Positions 58,341 through 64,000 of a DNA stretch of 64,000 bases are shown here, one piece after another. Every line of letters begins with the position of its first letter. The stretch's first letter is position 1. The translations under genes and the position numbers were made by a program. The stretch is from Chloroflexota bacterium (GTDB taxonomy: Bacteria > Chloroflexota > Dehalococcoidia > SZUA-161 > SpSt-899): the NCBI GenBank assembly GCA_013203045.1, contig JABMQN010000014.1, positions 28,373 to 92,372 on the forward strand. The letters are read 5' to 3'. The notes under the pieces are model-generated. The model ran no database searches. It was not told the DNA's origin and was given only the letters and a program-made list of their open reading frames with translations.

Positions 58341-58778
58341 CTAGCAGCCACTCAGAACTATCGAAGCATCACCCGAAATGACGGTTTCCCCAGATTGATT
58401 CTGGCAAAGGACATTGCATTTAACTGAAGTCCCTTCCTCGGTTGTTTCAAGCTTTTTCACAGTGCCACTGATAGTCACGGTATCACCGGGCCGAGCGGGA
58501 GCTTTAAATCGAGTGTTGAGTTTTCCGCTTGTGAGCCAAACTTGGCCGAAGTTGGCTGTCATCATTTGTGAAACGTACGCAAGAATCAACATACCGTGCG
58601 CTATGGTGCCGCCCAGAGGTGTGTTCCTGGCGAATTCCTCGTTAATATGAATCGGATTAAAATCCTTACTCGCCTCTGCATAGAGATTGATATTCTCCTG
58701 AACAACTTCTTTCTTCATTTCATAGAGAGTTGTTCCCTCTTGAAGCGATGATACATCTAATCTCTTTTTTGTCCCCAT
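58341..58778 (-). CDS. MaoC-like (R)-specific enoyl-CoA hydratase, hotdog fold
   Basis: 145 aa. ...FNPIHINEEFARNTPLGGTIAHGMLILAYVSQ... is the MaoC dehydratase motif. Confidence 0.8.
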   Translation of the reverse strand: MGTKKRLDVSSLQEGTTLYEMKKEVVQENINLYAEASKDFNPIHINEEFARNTPLGGTIAHGMLILAYVSQMMTANFGQVWLTSGKLNTRFKAPARPGDTVTISGTVKKLETTEEGTSVKCNVLCQNQSGETVISGDASIVLSGC

Positions 58779-58799
58779 AATAATCCTCGATAGTGCGGT

Positions 58800-59201
58800 C
58801 TAGGGGAAATTGAAACTGCTTTTCCCGGAAATCAAAAGTGTCCCTTCTTTACCCACAACATCAAATTCGATATCAAGCAATCGTAGCCGACCACGCTCCT
58901 GTTTGCGACTGACACGAGCGCGACAATTTAATGTATCTCCTTCTGTTGCCATTGAGAGACATTGTAACTCCTGCGAAAGGTGTATTGTACCTTCAGGCAA
59001 CGCGACATGTTCCAGCAATGATATCAAAGCCCATGCAGCTACAGCCGTTGGTGGCACGATTCCTGTGCCTTCATAGAGACTGTCCAATTCGCCAGTCGAC
59101 TTCAAATATGCGGCAAGCGAATCAGAATCCAGGTTGAAACTTACGGCAGGGAATTGCTGACCTACTTCCAATTGCCTATATTCGAGTTTCTGTACTGTCA
59201 T
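58800..59201 (-). CDS. MaoC_dehydrat_N-type hotdog protein, partner subunit of the downstream MaoC hydratase
   Basis: 133 aa hotdog-fold protein directly upstream of, and same strand as, the MaoC gene. This resembles split two-subunit enoyl-CoA hydratases. Confidence 0.55.
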   Translation of the reverse strand: MTVQKLEYRQLEVGQQFPAVSFNLDSDSLAAYLKSTGELDSLYEGTGIVPPTAVAAWALISLLEHVALPEGTIHLSQELQCLSMATEGDTLNCRARVSRKQERGRLRLLDIEFDVVGKEGTLLISGKSSFNFP

Positions 59202-59281
59202 AAGTTCATCCCTTGTATTTTGACGTATCCCCCGGTATCGGAAGGAGATGAATGCATTATAGTCGAAATTACGATGTCTTG

Positions 59282-62200
59282 CTAGTGAATACCAGCATGA
59301 TGCTCCTTGAGGGATCGGACTTCTACGTGCCCCTGACGGTACGCAGCAATTCCCTTAGCAGCAGCGGCCGCTCCGGCCATTGTGGTGATATAAGGAACTC
59401 TATATTTGATCGCAGTCTTGCGGATGTAGGAATCATCATGCTTGCTTGTTTTACCAGCCGGTGTGTTGATGATCAGCTGAATCTCACCATCTATTATCCC
59501 GTCTACTAAATTGGGCTGGCCCTCATGTAGTTTGAGGATATGATCAGAATCAATCCCACTGTTATTTAATAGTTCCCGAGTTCCCTTTGTTGCTTTGATA
59601 CCAAAACCGAGTTCTTTGAACTGTCGAGCCACCGCAGCCACCGTTGCTTTGTCTTTATCCGCGATGGTGAAAAGTACACATCCTTCGGTTGGAAGTGGTT
59701 GCCGAGTAGCTTCTTCAGCTTTGAATAGCGCCATTCCAAAGGAATCGGCTATGCCTAGCACCTCTCCTGTAGATCGCATCTCAGGACCTAAAATCGGGTC
59801 CATCTCAGGGAACATGGGAAAGGGGAACACTGCTTGTTTAACTCCGTAATGTGGAATCGTGCGCTGTTTCAGTCCCAGATCGGCAATTTTCTTTCCCAGC
59901 ATTACTTCCGTTGCCAGCCGAGCCATAGATAACCCACAAACCTTCGAAACAATCGGCACAGTACGCGAGGCACGAGGATTCGCTTCAATGACGTAGACCT
60001 TATCCTCGCAAATGGCATATTGGATGTTCATCAATCCAATTACATTAAGCTCTTGTGCTATCTTCTTGGTGTATTCATTAATAGTATCAATATGCTTCTG
60101 AGGAAGGCTGACCGGCGGGATGACGCAGGCAGAATCGCCCGAATGAATCCTCGCCGGTTCAATGTGCTCCATGATTGCTGGTACGAATGCATCGGTTCCA
60201 TCGGCAATAGCGTCTGCTTCAACTTCGATAGCATTCTCTAAAAATCTGTCGATTAGTATCGGTCGATCCGGGGTAACATCGATGGCAGCAACAAAGTACT
60301 CCGTGAGCATCTCTTCATCATAGACTATCTCCATGCCCCGTCCACCGAGCACATAAGAAGGCCGTACCATTAGCGGATACCCGATTCTCTCAGCAATGAC
60401 TAACGCTTCATCCAGACTACTGGCCATTCCAGATTCGGCCATCGGAATGCCAAGCTTGTTCATCATACCCTGGAAACGATCCCGGTCTTCAGCCAGATCG
60501 ATGCTATCGAAACTCGATCCCAGAAGTGTCAGACCGCTACGTGTTAGTGGCTCCGCCAGGTTTATCGATGTCTGCCCTCCAAATTGTACAATCGATGCCG
60601 AGGGACTAGCTGACTCTGCTGTCTCATTCTCCAAGATATCGCGGATGCTTTCTTCATCAAGAGGTTCGAAATAAAGGCGATCGCTGGTGTCGAAGTCGGT
60701 AGAAACGGTCTCCGGATTAGAGTTGACCATGATGGCCTTCACCCCATTCTCCTGCAAAGCCCAGGCGGAATGGATACTGCAATAATCGAACTCAATACCC
60801 TGCCCGATTCTAATAGGTCCACTACCAATAACCAGCGCCTTTTCCCCTGCTATTGGAATAGCTTCATTTTCCTGTTCGTATGTACTATAAAAATAGGGGG
60901 TTTCTGCGGCGAATTCAGCCGCACAGGTGTCCACCATTTTGTATACCGGGCGCAGACCCCATTGATGCCGCATTTTTCGAATTTCCTCGGCAGAATGGTT
61001 TGCAAGGATGCCGATTTCTCTATCAGAGAAACCCATTCGCTTGGCATCTCGCATAAGCTCAGCAGCCAGCGGTTTTGAGCTTAGTTCAGTTTCCATCTCG
61101 ACAATATTGCGGAATTTCTCTAAAAACCAGGGATCGATGCCGCCAGTGCGGTGGCACAACTCTTCTGTGCTCATGCCCTGCCTGAGCGCAGCAAAGACCG
61201 CCCATAAACGCTGGTCAGTGGGTTCGAGCGGAAATGATCCGTCTCTCCATGTCGGATCCTCCCAAAGCAAAGTTCTGGTGCCAACTTCCAATGATCGCAC
61301 GGCTTTCTTCAGTGCCGCTTCGAAGGTACGCTCGATGGCCATGGTTTCGCCTGTGGATTTCATTTGCGTGCCGAGGTTACGATTCCCTTTGGTGAACTTG
61401 TCGAACGGCCATCGTGGGATTTTAACCACACAGTAATCCAATGCGGGTTCAAAAACAGCGGTGGTCTTCCCTGTCACTTTGTTCGCGATTTCATCGAGTG
61501 TTTTTCCCACCGCGATCTTGGCAGCCACTCGAGCGATGGGATAGCCTGTAGCCTTACTTGCCAGCGCAGAACTACGGCTCACACGGGGGTTCACTTCAAT
61601 TACATAGTATGGACTTTCACCTTCTCGACGCGTTCCAACGATAGGATGAGGTTCGAGTGCAAACTGAACGTTACACCCACCTTCGATCCCCAACGCTCGG
61701 ATGATTCGCAGGCTCGCGGAGCGAAGCATCTGATACTCTTTGTCCGTAAGTGTCTGGCTGGGAGCCACCACGATACTTTCACCCGTATGGATGCCCATAG
61801 GATCGATATTCTCCATATTGCAGATGGTAATGCAGTTGTCACTGCTATCTCGCATAACCTCGTACTCCATCTCCTTCCAACCGATGAGACACTTTTCTAA
61901 GAGAACTTGATGAATAGGACTCATAGCAATGCCATGGGAGGTGATCAGTTCCAACTCTTCCTCGGTTCTGGCAATACCCCCACCTGTTCCGCCAAGAGTA
62001 TATGCGGGTCGAATTACGAGTGGCAGACCGATGGATTGAGCCGCTTTTCGAGCCTCATTCATGTTGGTCACGGTTGCACTCTCAGGCACAGGTTCGCCAA
62101 TATCGATTAGCAGTTGTTTGAATAATCCTCGGTCTTCAGCAATCTGTATGGTTTCGATGGAGGTGCCTAATGTACGAACACCGTACTCATCCAATATTCC

Positions 62201-62506
62201 TGCTTCGGCTAAACCAACAGCTAAATTGAGTCCGGTTTGACCGCCAAGAGTAGGCAATAGACCGTCGGGGCGTTCCTTTTCGATTATCTTTTTTACGATT
62301 TTTACCGTGAGAGGTTCGATGTAGACAGTGTCAGCGATACCTTCGTCGGTCATGATTGTGGCCGGATTGGAGTTTACTAATACCGTAGTTATTCCCTCTT
62401 CGCGCAAAGCACGACACGCCTGGCTGCCGGAATAGTCGAACTCCGCCGCTTGCCCGATGATTATCGGGCCTGATCCTATGACAAGAACCTTGGATATGTT
62501 AGTCAT
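59282..62506 (-). CDS. carB: Carbamoyl-phosphate synthase large subunit
   Basis: 1074 aa with two ATP-grasp halves. The N-terminus ...VLVIGSGPIIIGQAAEFDYSGSQACRALREEG is canonical. It overlaps the carA stop by 4 nt. Confidence 0.95.
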   Translation of the reverse strand: MTNISKVLVIGSGPIIIGQAAEFDYSGSQACRALREEGITTVLVNSNPATIMTDEGIADTVYIEPLTVKIVKKIIEKERPDGLLPTLGGQTGLNLAVGLAEAGILDEYGVRTLGTSIETIQIAEDRGLFKQLLIDIGEPVPESATVTNMNEARKAAQSIGLPLVIRPAYTLGGTGGGIARTEEELELITSHGIAMSPIHQVLLEKCLIGWKEMEYEVMRDSSDNCITICNMENIDPMGIHTGESIVVAPSQTLTDKEYQMLRSASLRIIRALGIEGGCNVQFALEPHPIVGTRREGESPYYVIEVNPRVSRSSALASKATGYPIARVAAKIAVGKTLDEIANKVTGKTTAVFEPALDYCVVKIPRWPFDKFTKGNRNLGTQMKSTGETMAIERTFEAALKKAVRSLEVGTRTLLWEDPTWRDGSFPLEPTDQRLWAVFAALRQGMSTEELCHRTGGIDPWFLEKFRNIVEMETELSSKPLAAELMRDAKRMGFSDREIGILANHSAEEIRKMRHQWGLRPVYKMVDTCAAEFAAETPYFYSTYEQENEAIPIAGEKALVIGSGPIRIGQGIEFDYCSIHSAWALQENGVKAIMVNSNPETVSTDFDTSDRLYFEPLDEESIRDILENETAESASPSASIVQFGGQTSINLAEPLTRSGLTLLGSSFDSIDLAEDRDRFQGMMNKLGIPMAESGMASSLDEALVIAERIGYPLMVRPSYVLGGRGMEIVYDEEMLTEYFVAAIDVTPDRPILIDRFLENAIEVEADAIADGTDAFVPAIMEHIEPARIHSGDSACVIPPVSLPQKHIDTINEYTKKIAQELNVIGLMNIQYAICEDKVYVIEANPRASRTVPIVSKVCGLSMARLATEVMLGKKIADLGLKQRTIPHYGVKQAVFPFPMFPEMDPILGPEMRSTGEVLGIADSFGMALFKAEEATRQPLPTEGCVLFTIADKDKATVAAVARQFKELGFGIKATKGTRELLNNSGIDSDHILKLHEGQPNLVDGIIDGEIQLIINTPAGKTSKHDDSYIRKTAIKYRVPYITTMAGAAAAAKGIAAYRQGHVEVRSLKEHHAGIH

Positions 62507-63618
62507 TTCATTCCTTTGTGACTCTTGACCATCTTCTCCTTCACCATCTCCACAAATCGCTCAAAAAGATACATATTATCCAGTGGGCCGGGTGAAGCCT
62601 CGGAGTGGTACTGAATGGTAAAGAGCGGCAGTTCGCGGTGCCTCAATCCCTCGACAGTGCCATCATTCAAATTGATGTGTGAAACCTCAAGTCCACCTTT
62701 AACCGTATCGGCATCAATGGCATAGCCGTGATTTTGTGCGGTAATGTAAACGCGACCAGTTTCGATATCTTTGACCGGGTGATTCGCACCTCGATGCCCG
62801 AATTTGAGCTTGAACGTTTCAGCTCCGAATGCCCGTCCGATCAACTGATGCCCCAAACATATACCCATTACCGGCTTTTTTTCAACGAGTTCCCTAATGG
62901 TGCCAATGAGGTAGTCCAGCAAGGCAGGATCGCCAGGGCCGGGCGAAAAGAAAATGCCGTCAGGGTTTAGCTCCATAACGTCTTCTGCGCTGGTAGTACA
63001 GGGCAGGACAGTGACGGAGCATCCAAGTCGATGCAAACTCCGCAGGATACTGAACTTGGTGCCCGAATCAAGCAAGGCAATTCTGGGTCCGGTTTGCTCC
63101 CTTGAAGGTTCCCACTCGAAAGCTTCTTTGGTAGTTACTTCCTTCACGAAATCGATGGTGTCGTAACGGGGCATGTTCTCCAGACGTGCCAGTGCTTCCG
63201 GTGTATTCTCCCCCACGGCGATGATGCCCATCATCACTCCGCGGGAGCGAAGCTTCCGAACCAGCGCTCTCGTGTCTACACCGGTAATCCCGGGGATGTC
63301 CTGTGATTTCAGGTATTCATCTAGGGTTCGGGTGCTCAAACCGTGGCTGGGTATTTCACATTCTTCCCGGACTACAAATCCAGCAACCTGTATTCCTTTC
63401 GATTCGTAGTCCTGTTCGTTAATGCCGTAGTTGCCGATCATTGGGTAGGTGGGGATTACTATCTGTCCGGCAAATGACGGGTCGGTTAAAACCTCCTGAT
63501 AACCTGTCATGCTGGTAGTGAAGACCACTTCACCGGAGGTCTGTAACTCAGCCCCAAAGGAATGACCTTCGTAAACCGATCCGTCTTCCAGTGCCAGAAA
63601 TACTTTTTGCTTATTCAC
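62503..63618 (-). CDS. carA: Carbamoyl-phosphate synthase small subunit (glutamine amidotransferase)
   Basis: 371 aa. It carries the catalytic-cysteine motif GICLGHQ. Confidence 0.95.
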   Translation of the reverse strand: MNKQKVFLALEDGSVYEGHSFGAELQTSGEVVFTTSMTGYQEVLTDPSFAGQIVIPTYPMIGNYGINEQDYESKGIQVAGFVVREECEIPSHGLSTRTLDEYLKSQDIPGITGVDTRALVRKLRSRGVMMGIIAVGENTPEALARLENMPRYDTIDFVKEVTTKEAFEWEPSREQTGPRIALLDSGTKFSILRSLHRLGCSVTVLPCTTSAEDVMELNPDGIFFSPGPGDPALLDYLIGTIRELVEKKPVMGICLGHQLIGRAFGAETFKLKFGHRGANHPVKDIETGRVYITAQNHGYAIDADTVKGGLEVSHINLNDGTVEGLRHRELPLFTIQYHSEASPGPLDNMYLFERFVEMVKEKMVKSHKGMK

Positions 63619-63806
63619 CCTATCGACTCTTTCTTAATAGTTCTCTTATTGCCCATAAGAATACCTCTTACCAAATTGGCAAGAGGCATTCGTTAAATTT
63701 CTTTATTCGATTCATTTGTGTTTCCCTTGCCGATCTCTCGGGATCGGTTTAAAGGTTTCTTTGACTATACCGCAATTATGTTACAGTCATGTTACAAAAA
63801 TTAACT

Positions 63807-64000
63807 TCACTTTATATCGGCGTGATAGCTTTGAAGTGATCTGACCCCTGCAGCGCCTCTGCGATGTGCTGCGATTCCTCTGACTGCCGCAGCCGCTCCG
63901 GCCAGAGTCGTGATATACGGGATTTTGTGTTTGATCGCTGCTTTGCGAATGTAGGAATCGTCATATTGACTTCGCTTGCCAACCGGAGTATTGATTACCA
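63807..64000 (-). CDS. Second carB-like paralog; only its 3' end (last 64 codons) falls in the window
   Basis: The minus-strand reading ends ...PYITTLAGAAAAVRGIAAHRRGAAGVRSLQSYHADIK*, against ...PYITTMAGAAAAAKGIAAYRQGHVEVRSLKEHHAGIH* for carB at 59282. Plus-strand bases 63880-64000 are about 75% identical to 59355-59475. Confidence 0.65.
   Translation of the reverse strand, partial: VINTPVGKRSQYDDSYIRKAAIKHKIPYITTLAGAAAAVRGIAAHRRGAAGVRSLQSYHADIK

Noticed and set aside
1-64000. tRNA/rRNA genes, CRISPR arrays, transposases or integrases
   Set aside because: I saw no T-arm GTTCGAATC-type consensus within a cloverleaf context, no regularly spaced short direct repeats, and no protein resembling a transposase, integrase or recombinase. 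The window appears to be core chromosome with no evident mobile elements.

Overview
This 64 kb window looks bacterial: it carries the rplU-rpmA-rpmE ribosomal genes, has GGAGG-type ribosome-binding sites, and is about 47% GC. The organism is probably an uncultivated anaerobe, but taxonomy is not resolvable from sequence alone. The dominant theme is cobalamin-dependent methyl transfer to tetrahydrofolate.

Two complete corrinoid methyltransferase operons are present:
- Operon 1 (minus strand, 1153-4708): corrinoid protein, an MtmB-fold methyltransferase with no in-frame UAG (glycine aligns at the pyrrolysine position), an MtrH/AcsE-like pterin-binding methyltransferase, and a DUF1638 protein.
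- Operon 2 (plus strand, 16906-24332): pterin-binding methyltransferase, corrinoid protein, two tandem MttB-superfamily paralogs without pyrrolysine, DUF1638, and a RACo-type reductive activase with an added C-terminal CBS pair.

A second, standalone RACo-type activase sits at 11378-13276. Two tandem Lrp/AsnC regulators and a DUF3786/DUF2284 pair are nearby.

Other notable content:
- A 1445-aa single polypeptide fusing an NDP-sugar pyrophosphorylase-like domain, a type I phosphomannose isomerase and a phosphomannomutase.
- A cohesin/dockerin gene pair encoding secreted proteins.
- A patatin / cNMP-binding / unknown-protein operon.
- carA-carB with a second partial carB copy at the window edge.
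- A DUF2851 gene interrupted by a single in-frame TAA.
- A possible frameshifted 3' end of lhr.
- Several structured intergenic elements.

Housekeeping genes include nadE, tpiA, apgM, miaA, hflX, tyrS, ribF, tsaD and a PccB-like carboxyltransferase. No rRNA, tRNA, CRISPR array or transposase was recognised.
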